A stretch of DNA of 50,766 nt from Mitosporidium daphniae (lineage: Eukaryota), in the NCBI RefSeq assembly GCF_000760515.2, contig NW_013546589.1:1-50766 (forward strand), in the 5' to 3' direction. Under the pieces are notes generated by a model. It was not told where the DNA came from, ran no database searches, and worked only from the letters and a program-made list of their open reading frames with translations. Positions 35,230-47,194 of the stretch are shown one piece after another. Every line of letters begins with the position of its first letter. Positions within the stretch are counted from its first letter, which is position 1. The translations under genes and the position numbers were made by a program.

Positions 35230-36642
35230 ATGTCAATTTTCTTTCCCGTTTCTGCGATTAGACAACCCCACTCTCAATTTGCCGCTTCTGCCATTAGACA
35301 GACCCACTCTAAAGTATGTATTATAGGTAGCGGACCTTCTGGATTTTATACGGCTCTTAGGCTCCTGAGAAGATCTAAAGAAATCCATATTGATATCTTA
35401 GAGGCCAGAAGAGAGCCTTTTGGACTTATTAGATATGGGGTTGCCCCAGATCATCCAGAGGTCAAAAAATGCGCAACAAAGTTCGACGAATTGCTTTCAG
35501 AAAATTCGGATAGGATCTCTTGGTATGGGGGAGTTTCCTTGGGAAAAGACGTTCAGCTTGACGAGCTTATGGCCTCTTATGGTGCCGTTGTTCTGGCCAT
35601 TGGTGCCCAATTAGAAAATAGATTACACGTCCCAGGAGAAGAGCTGGCAACTTCCAGCAAGACTTTTACCCATTGGATGAATGGCGCAAACTTTGGACCT
35701 TCGCTTTCGTTTGATAAAAGTTATGGAAAATCCTCAAGGTGTGCTCTGGTAATCGGAAATGGAAATGTAGCCCTGGATACTGCCAGAAGCCTAGTGGGTG
35801 ATCCTCAAAGATTTTCGGGAACAAATATAGGCACTTCTGCCATGAAGGAATTGTGCTCAAGTACCATCAGAGATGTCGCCATAATTGGGCGGCGTGGACC
35901 ATTACAGGCGTCATTTGCAGCTAAAGAGCTGAGAGAGATATTCAATCTTTGCCGCCACGAGAAAGTGGGCCTTTTCACCAATGTTGACATTCAGTACGAA
36001 AACCATAGCCCGGTTACACGCTCCCAATCCATTCTGATAGACGGCTTGACCAAGGCCACTTTTTTGGAAGATTTATCGCATCGTTGGCCTCCCCTGGAAA
36101 GGGAAAATAGCAACAGTAGATCGCTGTCCTTCTTTTTCAATCTTTCGCCTACAAAGTTCATTAAGAATCAAACGGATTCGTCTTTACTTGCAACTGAGGT
36201 TGCAAAAAACACAGTTCTCCCGGACGGATCTATTGGTACCCACCATGCGGAAAATGGCACACCTTCCTCGATATCGTTGACAACCTTGCCTTCGGCATTG
36301 GCGGTAACCTGTCTTGGTTATGGCGTCGGTCCTATTCCAGGTGCGGAGAACTTTGCACGAACTAAACCAAGAGGCCCATTAGTCCACAAAAAGGGATGTG
36401 TTAATCAGGACATGGGGCTGTTCGTCGCAGGATGGACCAAGACCGGACCCGCAGGCGCTCTTGCCTCCACAATGCTAGATGCCTATGAAACGGCCGATTG
36501 TATAGTGTCTAATCTGCCTCGTTTGAAAGAAACGAAAAACACTGGAGATTGCAATTGGCTCCGCCAAGTGTTATGCGAAAGAAATATACCATGGGTTTCA
36601 TATAGAGATTGGGCAGGGACCCCAGAAGCTTCTAAAATTTAA
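35230..36642 (+). CDS. ARH1: NADPH:adrenodoxin (ferredoxin) oxidoreductase
   Basis: IIGSGPSG, PFGLIRYGVAPDHPEVK, GNGNVALD, GRRGP and GWTKTGP. Confidence 0.94.
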   Translation: MSIFFPVSAIRQPHSQFAASAIRQTHSKVCIIGSGPSGFYTALRLLRRSKEIHIDILEARREPFGLIRYGVAPDHPEVKKCATKFDELLSENSDRISWYGGVSLGKDVQLDELMASYGAVVLAIGAQLENRLHVPGEELATSSKTFTHWMNGANFGPSLSFDKSYGKSSRCALVIGNGNVALDTARSLVGDPQRFSGTNIGTSAMKELCSSTIRDVAIIGRRGPLQASFAAKELREIFNLCRHEKVGLFTNVDIQYENHSPVTRSQSILIDGLTKATFLEDLSHRWPPLERENSNSRSLSFFFNLSPTKFIKNQTDSSLLATEVAKNTVLPDGSIGTHHAENGTPSSISLTTLPSALAVTCLGYGVGPIPGAENFARTKPRGPLVHKKGCVNQDMGLFVAGWTKTGPAGALASTMLDAYETADCIVSNLPRLKETKNTGDCNWLRQVLCERNIPWVSYRDWAGTPEASKI

Positions 36643-36689
36643 GGATTGTTAATTATATAAACGAATTTTTCAACCCTTTTCAGAGTAAA

Positions 36690-37743
36690 ATGGTATTTTT
36701 TATCAAGCTATCCATTAGCATGGCGTAAAAAGAGAAACCATATCGGAGTATTGTTTGAAAGAAATAGAAACGGCAAACTTGTTGCAAAAGGCACAACTTG
36801 CCTTTCAGCAAGCCAGCAGCAGAAAGTCAAGCTTGCAAGAAGTATTGAATGCGTGTAGAAAGGTTCTGGTGTTGCAGCCTGATGATCTCAATTGTTGGCA
36901 CGCTCGTAAACGTGCATTGATTAATGCGTATATTTCGGATTTGCATTGTTCGGAAATCTTTGATCAAAATGCAATCATGCATTTGGGGATTGATGCCAGA
37001 AACAAAGAGCTGGAAATGTCGTATTTGTGCCTAAAAAAGAATCCAAAGTCATACCCTTCTTGGCATCACCGCCAATGGGCACTTTCGGCGCTTTCGATGG
37101 GAGGGCATCGTCCTGTTTCTGGCCGCTCAGCAATTGATGTCGAATGGAACAATGAAATCCGTCTTTTGAAAAAGCTACTGGCAGTAGATGGGAGAAATTG
37201 TAGTTTTCACATTTATTGATTGGCTAATTTTTAGTTCATGCATGGAAGTACTTGCATTGGGTTTGCGGCCAAATTGACGCAAAGACTCTTTTTGATGCAC
37301 AAATTAGCAGCCCATCCTATCCACCCGCCAGATCGGGCTCTAAAATTTTTGCCTGCATCATAAACGAGTGTCTTGGTGTGAACTTTTCTAATTATTCAGC
37401 ATGGCACTATCTTTGTAGACAACATCCAAATAAAGAAAAGATATTAGAGCAATCTAGGAATGCCGTTTTTACTTCACCGTTTGACCAGTCTGCATGGTTC
37501 GCTTATAACAGCATATTGAAGACAGTCAGCCATGAAGACATCAAACTAGAAATAGAACTTCTAGAGGAGCTGCGAAAGGAGGAGCCAAGGTGTCCCTATT
37601 TGCTTCTAACTCTCGTTGGTGCCTCCAATCTGCTTCATGACCACAGGTATGGGGCAGAATATAAAAGTTCTCTTTTTTCTTCGCTTAAAGAAATCGACCC
37701 CATGCGAGTAGGAATGTATGCCCATCTTTCTGCTGGACAATAA
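36690..37743 (+). CDS. BET4: Rab geranylgeranyltransferase alpha subunit, 2 introns (the first directly after ATG)
   Basis: Spliced MHGVKR; prenyltransferase repeats NPKSYPSWHHR, DGRNFHAW, NFSNYSAWHY and PFDQSAW; IDPMR. Confidence 0.92.
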
Positions 37744-37774
37744 AACCGGAAATACAAACCGCTGTTTGGATACC

Positions 37775-38458
37775 TTAAATTTCTTTATTTGTTAGTTGAG
37801 TTTCGAGTCTCTTTAGTGTACAAAAAAGCGCCATAGGTGGCGATGAAAGGACGTCAGTAAAGCAATATGGCGCTCCGGTAAGAAGCGAAACAAGCTCTAA
37901 ATGTAAAGGTTCTTTTGAGCCTGGAAGCTTTTGAAATAAGTCATTCAGACCTTCGTGTGTAAAAAGAGTTTCCTCAAACCGACCTCCAAGTACGGCAACA
38001 AATGGCTCCGCTTTAAGTGCAAGAAGAGTAGACCTCGCTTTCAAAGGGTTCGTTTCATTGCCATATGCAACAAACGTAGGCCCAGCAATCCAAGATAAAT
38101 CCTGCTCCTTCGTTTTTGGCGAATCATTCCAAAGAGCCTTGGTGAGAATTGCAGGCGGAATCATTTTGATTTTGAAGGCAGATATTTCGTTTATTTTCAA
38201 TTTGAGCTTGTGTAGAGCGACAGAGGATATTGAAATATTTTGCATGATAAACAAATGCCTGCATGATACAGCCTCAATGGCGTCAGCTTGAGCTATTCTT
38301 ACTTTGGCGGGCAGAGGAAGGACTTCCGGTGGTTTTGGGGCATCTGGTGGTCGAAGAGCTGAAAATGGTCCCTGTCTGAATTCCATTATTTTCTTCAGCG
38401 GTGCAAGGCGAGCACGTGTTCCAAACCATCGCCAATGGAAAGCCTGGCCTATTTCCAT
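37775..38458 (-). CDS. Mitochondrial ribosomal protein uL10m-like
   Basis: GPTFVAY and VLGGRFE...LP..E.LH.ELVSLL..P fit the L10 pattern; presequence-like start. Confidence 0.7.
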   Translation of the reverse strand: MEIGQAFHWRWFGTRARLAPLKKIMEFRQGPFSALRPPDAPKPPEVLPLPAKVRIAQADAIEAVSCRHLFIMQNISISSVALHKLKLKINEISAFKIKMIPPAILTKALWNDSPKTKEQDLSWIAGPTFVAYGNETNPLKARSTLLALKAEPFVAVLGGRFEETLFTHEGLNDLFQKLPGSKEPLHLELVSLLTGAPYCFTDVLSSPPMALFCTLKRLETQLTNKEI

Positions 38459-38551
38459 GTTTAAGAAATTGTGGAAATGGCCTGTAAAAATAAAATAAAA
38501 TAAAATAAATTAATCTCCTAATGTAAAATTAAATTTATTCCTACTTCATAA

Positions 38552-39112
38552 ATGGCACCGCGTGCTGATCCAAGCCAGAAAGTTCTATGTAAGTTATTCA
38601 TCCATCTGATATATTTGCCTGTGTCCCAAACCTATGAATCCTAATACTCAATAGTGAATCTTCGTGTTGTTGGTGGCGAGCCTGCTGGCTCTTCGCTTGC
38701 CCAGAAGGTCGGACCATTGGGTCTACCTGCCAAAAAGGTCTCTGAGGATATTGCAAAGGCCACATTGGAATATAAGGGTCTTCGTGTAGGTGTAAGACTT
38801 ACCATTCAGAACCGTCAAGCTTCAATAGAGGTTATTCCTTCTTCTGCCACCATGATCATCAAAGGACTCAAGGAGCCCGCCCGTGACCGAAAGAAAGAGA
38901 AGAATATCAAGCACCACGGAAACCTTACTTTTGACCAAATAATTTCAATTGCTCGCAGCACTCGTCCAAGGTCTCTAGCCAAGTCTATTTCAGGCACTGT
39001 CTGCGAGATCCTTGGAACCTGCTCCTCCATGGGATGCTCAATCGATGGAATCAGTCCACGTGCCATGATTGAAAAAATTTCTGAAGGCGAGATCGAAGTT
39101 CCCGCTAATTAA
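38552..39112 (+). CDS. RPL12: 60S ribosomal protein uL11 (L12), 66-nt intron at 38589-38654
   Basis: [22 protein letters not shown] and [14 protein letters not shown]. Confidence 0.97.
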
Positions 39113-39204
39113 GACGATAAATGTATTTATCTTCATCGTGATATGATTTATATTTTCGCGTGTGACATCATTTTAACTTGGCTTTATCTACGTTAATTTA
39201 GTTG

Positions 39205-40572
39205 CTAAATTCTCTTGAGGACATATAGGGCCCAACTTCCAGTCGTCAGCAGGACCATGGAGCCAGCCTGATGCATTGCGGCCAGTGGGACTGGGACGAT
39301 CCAAAGTAGTGTAAATATCCCGAGCCCCACTTGAGCCATACCGGCCCCCATGAGTAAGTTTAATGCCCTTGAAATGATCCTTTTACTTGACGGGGTTTCC
39401 ATTAATGGGAGAAGCCTACGGCGAGCATATAGCCACACGAAGGATATATAAGAGATTGAAGAGATTGCCAGCGCTCGATGAAAAAACTGCACAAAAGTTG
39501 GGTTGTTTAAGGGCAGCATGTTGGGGACAAACAAATCGTCCGGTATCCATTGAAGCCCCATTTTTGGGAATGTGTTGTAAATCAATCCGGCGTCCAAACC
39601 AGCAACGAACGCACCAGATATCGCGGTTATGCCAACGAGATGTACGATGCCATTAAGCTTTGCATAAAGATCCTTAATACGTGGTCTAATGCTCTGGCTG
39701 CTTTCCATCATTATTGAGGGATTGAGAAGCGAAAGGCCGGTTCGGAGCATTAGCAGGTATATTGCAAACGCCGTAGTCAGATGAGCTGCCAATCTATAAT
39801 GCGAGACGCGAGGTGCTGCTTTTTTCTCGATAATTTCGGGATCAAGTCCACTTTTAACCATATACCAGCCAAGGAACCCCTAGATACATATAACTGGAAA
39901 GAAATACTTGAAATAAAATCAAAGAGCCAATAATTGTAAGAGAAATCTTTGTTGATTTTGAAAGGCTTTTTCTCCTTGTCAAAATGAAGTAGGTCAGCGG
40001 AAACAAAAACGCAGCTCCAATCAAACGGCCAAGCATCCTGTGACTGTATTCCATGTAATATATTTTTTTGAACTCTCCAAGAGAAATGCCGTCGTTTAAA
40101 CTGCAGATAAATCAAGAAGCACTTACAGGATATATTCTGGAGATTGCTTATATTTCTCAAAATAAGAGTGCCATTCTTCTTCAGATGATGGGGGTTTAAA
40201 GTGCAACAAAGACCAATCAACCATGGAAAGCCCAGACTCGGTCAAGCGAGTAATGCCGCCAACTACCACAACGCCAAAGACAAGTCCGGCACAAACGAAA
40301 AGCCAATATGCCATTGGACGATTTGAAGACGATTTTTTTGTGGAAATGTCGCCAATTGGGGCGAAATTGCTGTTCTCCAATGGAACGGATATGGAATAGG
40401 GATTGAAAATCCCGTTTGTATAAAATCCCAGTGTATAGGATTTCTTTGTATAGGATTCCTTTGTATAAAATCCATTTGTATAAAAAAGGGGGGAGATGCT
40501 TGATCTCTTGAAAACAGACCCCCCACGATTGGAAAATAAGGAAAATGAGCTTTTTGGGAACAACCTAGTCAT
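39205..40572 (-). CDS. COX15: Heme A synthase Cox15, 2 introns
   Basis: GGITRLTESGLSM, EYSHRMLGR, GWYMVKSGL, VSHYRLAAHL, GLDAGLIYN, QFFHR and HQAG. Confidence 0.96.
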
Positions 40573-40866
40573 TTTATGAACGTTGAAGTTTAAAATTTAA
40601 TAATCCAAGATTGGACTCGATATCATTCGATTGAAGGGCTTGAAAAATAACCCTTACCCTACATGATACTGATGAGGTTTCCTTACATATGTCCCTGCCA
40701 GGATCTCTTGAGAATCTTGGTATATCGATTCGTAAATTTTTGGCCTGTCTTGAGCGCTAAAAATGACGGGAGATCACATGATATACAAGGAGAGAACATA
40801 TCATGTTATGAGAAAGCAGCATATCTGTGTATAAAATCGCCGAATGCAGCCTTGCGCAAGGAAAGT

Positions 40867-41481
40867 TCATTTTTGTNTTTTCTTTTGAACAAAAGAAACA
40901 TTGGTAGANTCTGCGCCTAATCCTAAAAATCCTGGACGTATTTTTCTAATGGTGGAACGGGATGAGTTGGGTTGTGGCGAAACATCGGGATCCCAGCCCA
41001 TTCCGCGCAAAATTGCAGCTCCAAAGTCGGATACGGGCATCTCTTCATAATCATCCATGGTTGTATTTGACAAAGAATACAAATCTTCATCTTTTGGAGG
41101 CTTGACAAAAAGGGGCGTCCTACGTTGCTTGACCGGATCTTCTTTTGGCTGGACATTAGGTATCAAAAGCCCATATTTTGAGCCGTTATTCGATAGATCA
41201 GGAGATGTGCCTGAAGCCACATACTTGACACAAGGATTTGGAGAAGACTCTTTAACAGGAGCGGCTCCGTTTGGTGAACGGGGCAACGGAATGACCTTTC
41301 TTAATGGGTCTAAAAGAGGTTTTTGTAAATCAGACAAGTCCGAGATGCTTGCCGTTATTTCGGTAGATTTTTCCTTTTCTTTGTTTTTCTTATCGTCTAA
41401 GAAGGCAGGGGCCGTTGAGCGTTTTGATGCAGATGACAACGACGATGAAGAAAGGGAGAACTGGATCTTTTTCTTTTCCAT
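40867..41481 (-). CDS. SPP2: Spp2/MOS2-type G-patch splicing factor
   Basis: DYEEMPVSDFGAAILRGMGW and RPGFLGLGA; two N bases near the 3' end. Confidence 0.85.
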   Translation of the reverse strand: MEKKKIQFSLSSSSLSSASKRSTAPAFLDDKKNKEKEKSTEITASISDLSDLQKPLLDPLRKVIPLPRSPNGAAPVKESSPNPCVKYVASGTSPDLSNNGSKYGLLIPNVQPKEDPVKQRRTPLFVKPPKDEDLYSLSNTTMDDYEEMPVSDFGAAILRGMGWDPDVSPQPNSSRSTIRKIRPGFLGLGAXSTNVSFVQKKXQK

Positions 41482-41647
41482 AAGTAAATAAACAAATAAT
41501 TAAATAAATTTGCGAGCTTTTATTTTGGCTACAAGAGCTTTTTAAATTGTGCCAGGCACTGGAAGGGGACAATTGAATTAAAATCTACATGTGTGCATAT
41601 TTATTTTGTGCGGCAAGATTAATTTTCCGACCCCTTTACTTTCTATA

Positions 41648-43122
41648 ATGATCCATTCGCTTTCTCTGGAAAAGGTTGATTTTGTTTCACTGTCAGAGGA
41701 GTTTCCAGCACTTAAGAAATAGTATTTGAGTATTTTTTACATAGTATGACAAAAGGGTACTTTAATATGAGGCTTCCACACGCTGCCAAGTTTGTTGCAT
41801 ATACTTTCACATAAATAGAGCGTTGAACTCTTCACTATTGCAGAAATATTTCAGCCTTGACATCCTTATTCCAGATGGCCATCTCTGCCCGCAAGTACTT
41901 TGATGCCTTTGTTTTAAAATTAGGTTGCCAACAGGTAGGAAGCGGTGAATTTATTGGAGATTGTCCTATTTGGAATGGATCGAGGCCACCTTGCTTTCGC
42001 TAAATAAATATCTCCTCGGTGGAGCTACTGGAAAGCTTGGCACTCCCATTTCTTTGACAGAAGAGCTCTGTGGCATTGATATGTGAGCACCGGCAATTAT
42101 CACCCTTAGAGGAACAGGATCCTCGTGTATTTATCCTCTTTTGAGGGCTTGTAGGCGGCCATCATGGAAATGGATAGCTACTGGTATTTTCCAGCTTTTT
42201 TAATAGTTGTACATTAGAGTTGGATCCATTTGCTTATAAGCATGCGCAGGAAAACATTGAAAGAAACAACTACACGTCAAAAATTCACCTACTATTGTCA
42301 CCGGGAAGAGATTGCTTTTTTGAGCCAGTTTATGATTTCGTTAGCAACGAGGAGCATCGATTGCTTACATTCACCATGTGCAATCCTCCGTTTTACAAGT
42401 CCGAGCTGGATCGAAGCGAACGAATACAAGCCAAAAATACCGCATTTGGCGTCACCTGTTTCCAAAAAGGCTCGGATTCGGAATCATTTACAGAGGGAGG
42501 AGAGTATGAGTTTGTTTCAAAAATGATCAATGATTCCCGCAAATATTGCACCAAAATATTGTAAGGCCGCCTGTATGTTCCCATGCTGTAGGATTTTCAC
42601 TTCCCTGATCGGGATCAAATCAAACTTCGAAAGGCTAAAGCTTGATCTCAGCACCCAGCAAGATGTTGAGGAATTCATTTAATTTCATCGTAGATACTAT
42701 GGCTTAATTGGACTACACTCCGACAAGGGAATGTGGCAAGATGGATACTGGCTTGGAGCTTTTTTCCATTGAGCGAAGAAAAATACAAGCTACCTTCGCA
42801 TGTGATTTGTATTAAAAGGGAGGCCTTGCGAGATTTGCTACAAAAGCCCCCATATTGCTTTTCGGTGATTTGCCTCGATAGCAATATGATGCAAGTCACG
42901 GTGCCTCAATCAAAAATGCATTGCTGGACAAGATCCGCCAGACGAGCAAAGCGGGCATATAGCCTGGTCGACCAATGTGATGAGGGGTTCCATTTTTGGA
43001 TCCTAGACGACGATATTAACGCGCTTTCTATATGTTTGTTGCCGAAGCAATTTTCACACACAAGCGAGCATGTCTTTACATCGCTGTGTAACCATCTTCA
43101 AAAGATTATTGTCTACTTATGA
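41648..43122 (+). CDS. METTL16: METTL16/RlmF-family RNA m6A methyltransferase, about 8 introns
   Basis: Spliced IPDGHLCPQVANRLSYLEWI, GIDIGTGSSCIYPLL, MCNPPFY, GGEYEFV, FTSLIG and QGNVARWILAWSF. Confidence 0.93.
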
Positions 43123-43141
43123 TGGTCTAGTTGGGATGCTT

Positions 43142-44379
43142 TTAATTTTGGAAACAATAATTAGCAGGCACCGGGTTGATTGGACCAGAATACGAGCGCT
43201 CTGTTTTGATGGAAATCTTTTTTTCGCTCGGAATGGACGTGAACGTGAACAGGATTTTGTGTCCGCACGTATTTAATAAACATTCTTGATGGATCCACTT
43301 TAGCGCATCATACAAAAACTGCATGCACACATGCGGGCTCTATATGAAAAGCATTGGAACACTACCCAAGGCGTTTGTAACTTATGCTTGGCCATTGAGG
43401 GGATATCTTCAGTTTTGATGAAAGACGTAGAGACTACATTGAGATTACGGTCTTTGTGGCCAAGATAAATCAGAGGCGTATCAACGAGGAAAGCTTGCGC
43501 CCAAAACTTTAGCAATCGAGACCTGGCGCGTCACAAAAACAAAACTACCTAAAAAAGCTTTCGCTGTTCAAGATATGCTTGTTGATGGTCTTCAATTCAA
43601 TGAAGCTATTCAGTGGCAAGCGCTCCAAATCGGCAAGCGATTCAGGCCACACGCAATCCATCTCTGCACCGTAACATAGCGTCAGATCTTCCCCAAGATC
43701 TCTCCTGATGACAGCACCGAATTCGGAGACCGGATCCACTGCATTTTGCAATCGAAGGTTTAGAAAATTGGTTTCGGCTCGCCCTAAACATTGCAGGGCC
43801 TCGTATTCGTCAACATCAAGCGTACAAATGGTTTCAAATTTTTTTCCTCCATACACGGCAAGCAGTAGTTTTTCATCTGCCATGCATGGGTCGGCCGATT
43901 TCTGCTCGACAATAAAGATGCAATTTTGCGAATGGTTCATCGACACGACAAGTGAAATTGTGTCTTTTTCATAAGGCAGAATCATCAGCTTTGACAAAAT
44001 GCCCCTCCATGTAAAGATCAGAAGCTTTTTGTACGAATCAAGTCTCAAGGCAGGGAATATGGACTCCACATCCCCCTTTGCCGATTTGCTTAGGGCCAAA
44101 AAGACATTGTCCAAAGGTGTATACAGCCTTTCTTTTCTGATAAAGTCCTTTCCAAAGTTATGAGTGAGCGAGTAGCTGGTGCACGGCGAGGATGAAGGAT
44201 CGGCCAGCGGAAAGAATATTCTCTACACCAATTAGAACCTAAAATACAAGTTTCGAGCAGTCGTGTTGAAAATGGCCATGCTCATCAATGCTGTAATATG
44301 CGAGCGGAGTAGAAAAAGGCGCCAATTTTGACTTTGTTTCCGAGTGATCATTTATCGTTTTAATAGTGCATGTGGACAT
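43142..44379 (-). CDS. RAI1: Rai1/DXO decapping exonuclease family, 3 introns
   Basis: TWRG, YGGKKFE, AEMDC, ELKT and KFWAQAFL. Confidence 0.9.
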
Positions 44380-44564
44380 GAGGGCGCGGCGCGGCGGAGT
44401 GCAGGGAAAATTTGAGCCGATTTTACAACTTTATAATAAACTATGCGCTTGATGGTGGCCGCCATGATGATGATGAGCGCGCAACATTGGTGATCACCAA
44501 GGGCCCCACGGCATCGATCAGCATCAAAAGTCGCATGGCATTGATGATGCCTGTGCGGGAAGAG

Positions 44565-45440
44565 TTAGGAGCTATAGTCGACATCGCTTGCATGTTCATT
44601 GCGAATATCAACAAGAGAGTTATAGTGTTCCCCGAGGCCGTGTGAATAGCGATGATACCTACGGTCAGCTATTAGATGCGTTACGACAGCAACAGGGGCG
44701 GTGTATTTTCGGTCGACTGATATTTTTCGCCAATTTTGAGCACAGGGCACGATGCTTGGTACACCCAAATCGGGACACGGTGGTACTCCGAAAGGGCAAC
44801 GATTTCCTGCTCCCCACCCCATTCTGCTGTATCGGCCACACGCTTACAATGCTGAACGAGGTTTTCTAAAACATCACAATATGCAGTGCTACCGAGAGTG
44901 TTTTCTTCCACGCCCTCGTCATCGGCCAGGAAATACGGCAAAAACGAATCGGCGTTGTTTTGGATAAAAGAGGACGACATTTTCCTAAGCTCGCCAATCG
45001 AAAATGTCTACTTGCTTAGTTAACGACCAAGCAACCTTCGAATGCCGCGTGTAAAATTGGTGAGAAATTGCAGAAAAAAGGCAATGCCCATCGGCGGGCA
45101 TTTCTTGGATCTCAAGGTTCGCTGAGCACAGGATGTTTCCAAGTTTTTTCTCCTCTTCCTCGGACGCCTTTGGATGCCAAATGAGAGGGGTTTCGGGAAA
45201 CCCCTTTTCGGGGGCTCTGCTTCGATTCCTTGATCTAGCTTTGGCATTTGAGGGCGCTTCAGGCATGCTGCAACGTGTTTCTGATAGCATTTTTGCCTTA
45301 AGGCACGAAAGCTCCTCAATTTGCTGTCGCAGTTGCTTTTTATGCGCCTTGGGCGCCGAGTTCATTTTCAATTTCAAAGCCTGGATTTTGGCCTGCATGT
45401 CCTTTGGCTTTGTCAAATCTCCAAGGCAAGCAGCGTTCAT
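44565..45440 (-). CDS. OTU deubiquitinase (Otu2/OTUD6-like), 2 introns
   Basis: ADGHCLFSAI, WGGEQEI and YHRYSHGLGEHYNSL. Confidence 0.92.
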
Positions 45441-45470
45441 TTGATTTAAAAAATTAAATTATTTTTTGCC

Positions 45471-46604
45471 ATGTCGGTTAAACTCTCCAGATCGGTCCTT
45501 TTGGTTTCGAGCCATTCGCTGCTGGTGCCTTCAAGTACAAAGTTTTGCCGATCCCTCTTGTTCATAAAAAGACACTATTCCAGCGAGCTGCCTTCCAACA
45601 GTGATATGATGGGGGCCCCCCCAACGGCATTCTCGACCCGAGGAGACCTTGATTTTTCTCAAGTATTGGATGCTCCTATGACAATTCAGTCGTTTGGTGG
45701 AGTTTCACCTGTCGGAATGATGGAAAATGTCCTTGGCCTTCTTCATTACAATGCTGGCCTTCCCTGGTGGCTAAGCATAATATCGATCGGGGTTGTTGTA
45801 AAGACCGTTTCACTGCCGTTCTTCATCCAGAACCAGAGAACCACAGCCCTTTCTCAATACCACAAAACTAAAATTTCAGCATGGAATGACAAGATCCAAA
45901 ATCTGGATAACAAGGGGCAAAGGGCAGCATATATGTCCGAAAGACAGGAATTGGCAAAATGGCGCACAGAAAATGGCTTCCCTTCTGGCTTGGCAAGCTT
46001 TCGAAATGCAGGGGCAATTATTTTGATCTCCATCTCTGCTTTTCTAGCTGTCCAGCATTTGTGCTCTAACGAAAGTCTGGTTTCTCTTTCAGCCGAGCGG
46101 CTTGGGTGGATCGTCCTCTCAAAGCCAGACCCAACCCTGATGCTTCCTTTGCTTTCCACGGTTCTTTTAATTGCAAACATCAGCCTCTCATTTGCCGTTG
46201 GTGGCAACGGCGCACTTTCGACGCTTCCTTTTGGAATGAAGGCCTTTTTGTATGCATTGACATTTAGCTCGGTTCTTTTCACTAAGGAGATGAATTCCGG
46301 GCTTCTTCTCTATTTTACGACGGCAAATGTTTTAAACATCCTCCAAACGCTGCTGATTCGCATTCCCGCTATTCGAAAGCGGCTTAACCTTATTCCCTTG
46401 GCTTCGATCAATGAAAAGAATTTGGCCTCCTTTTATGCAGCAAGAAAGCCATCCCCATTTGCCAACATTTTCCGCCAAAGAATGGACGCTGCGCGCTACA
46501 AAAACGAAAGCCGCCAAGAAATGGTGCGGCCAGCGCCTCCAAAGCAAATCATAAACCTTGAAAGACTTGTTGTTCCCACAAAAGAGGGCTTTAATTTTAA
46601 ATAA
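45471..46604 (+). CDS. OXA1: Mitochondrial Oxa1/YidC insertase
   Basis: GLPWWLSI, PDPTLMLP and GLLLYF..AN; presequence-like start and basic C-tail. Confidence 0.85.
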   Translation: MSVKLSRSVLLVSSHSLLVPSSTKFCRSLLFIKRHYSSELPSNSDMMGAPPTAFSTRGDLDFSQVLDAPMTIQSFGGVSPVGMMENVLGLLHYNAGLPWWLSIISIGVVVKTVSLPFFIQNQRTTALSQYHKTKISAWNDKIQNLDNKGQRAAYMSERQELAKWRTENGFPSGLASFRNAGAIILISISAFLAVQHLCSNESLVSLSAERLGWIVLSKPDPTLMLPLLSTVLLIANISLSFAVGGNGALSTLPFGMKAFLYALTFSSVLFTKEMNSGLLLYFTTANVLNILQTLLIRIPAIRKRLNLIPLASINEKNLASFYAARKPSPFANIFRQRMDAARYKNESRQEMVRPAPPKQIINLERLVVPTKEGFNFK

Positions 46605-46624
46605 ATTTAATGGAAATTGTACAT

Positions 46625-47178
46625 CTAAATGGTGGACAGCCGCTTTTCGAACGATTTTATCGTCAATTGGGCCATTTTGGAGAAAATGGGATAAAGGGTC
46701 GTTCCGTACACGGAGTTGGCAAATTCAAATTCCACGCGAAAATCGACAAGCGTCTCGCTGTCCGAGTTCGGCGTGAATTGCCACCGAGTGTGCAAGTTGT
46801 TGAAAATGGTCGAATTCAAACACTTGGCCTAGGGTCAATTAAGTCCGCAGCAAGATGGGATACCTCTATTGACTGGTAAGGGATACCTATGACCCTCGAA
46901 ATATAGCGCAGCTGGATGGCGATCACATCTATTTGCAGCTCTGCAAACGTAACTGTCGGAACAGGATTGGTTTGGCCAATGATGGACGAGCATGAGGGAT
47001 TGTCCGAAATGTTGCTAAACGAAATTATCCTGGACCGCTTGATACCGGGTATGAACTCGGAATATTTCTGCACATCAGAAACGCACGAATACACCTTGAG
47101 GATGTTGTGAGGAAGCACGTGTTGCTGAGAAAAGCTGGAATGAAGGCCTTTGGTAATTATATTCCCAGAGGCGGACAT
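46625..47178 (-). CDS. COQ10: Coq10 START-domain ubiquinone-binding protein, 1 intron
   Basis: [29 protein letters not shown] and FEKR. Start codon is uncertain. Confidence 0.85.
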
Positions 47179-47194
47179 TAATTTTAAAAATTTT

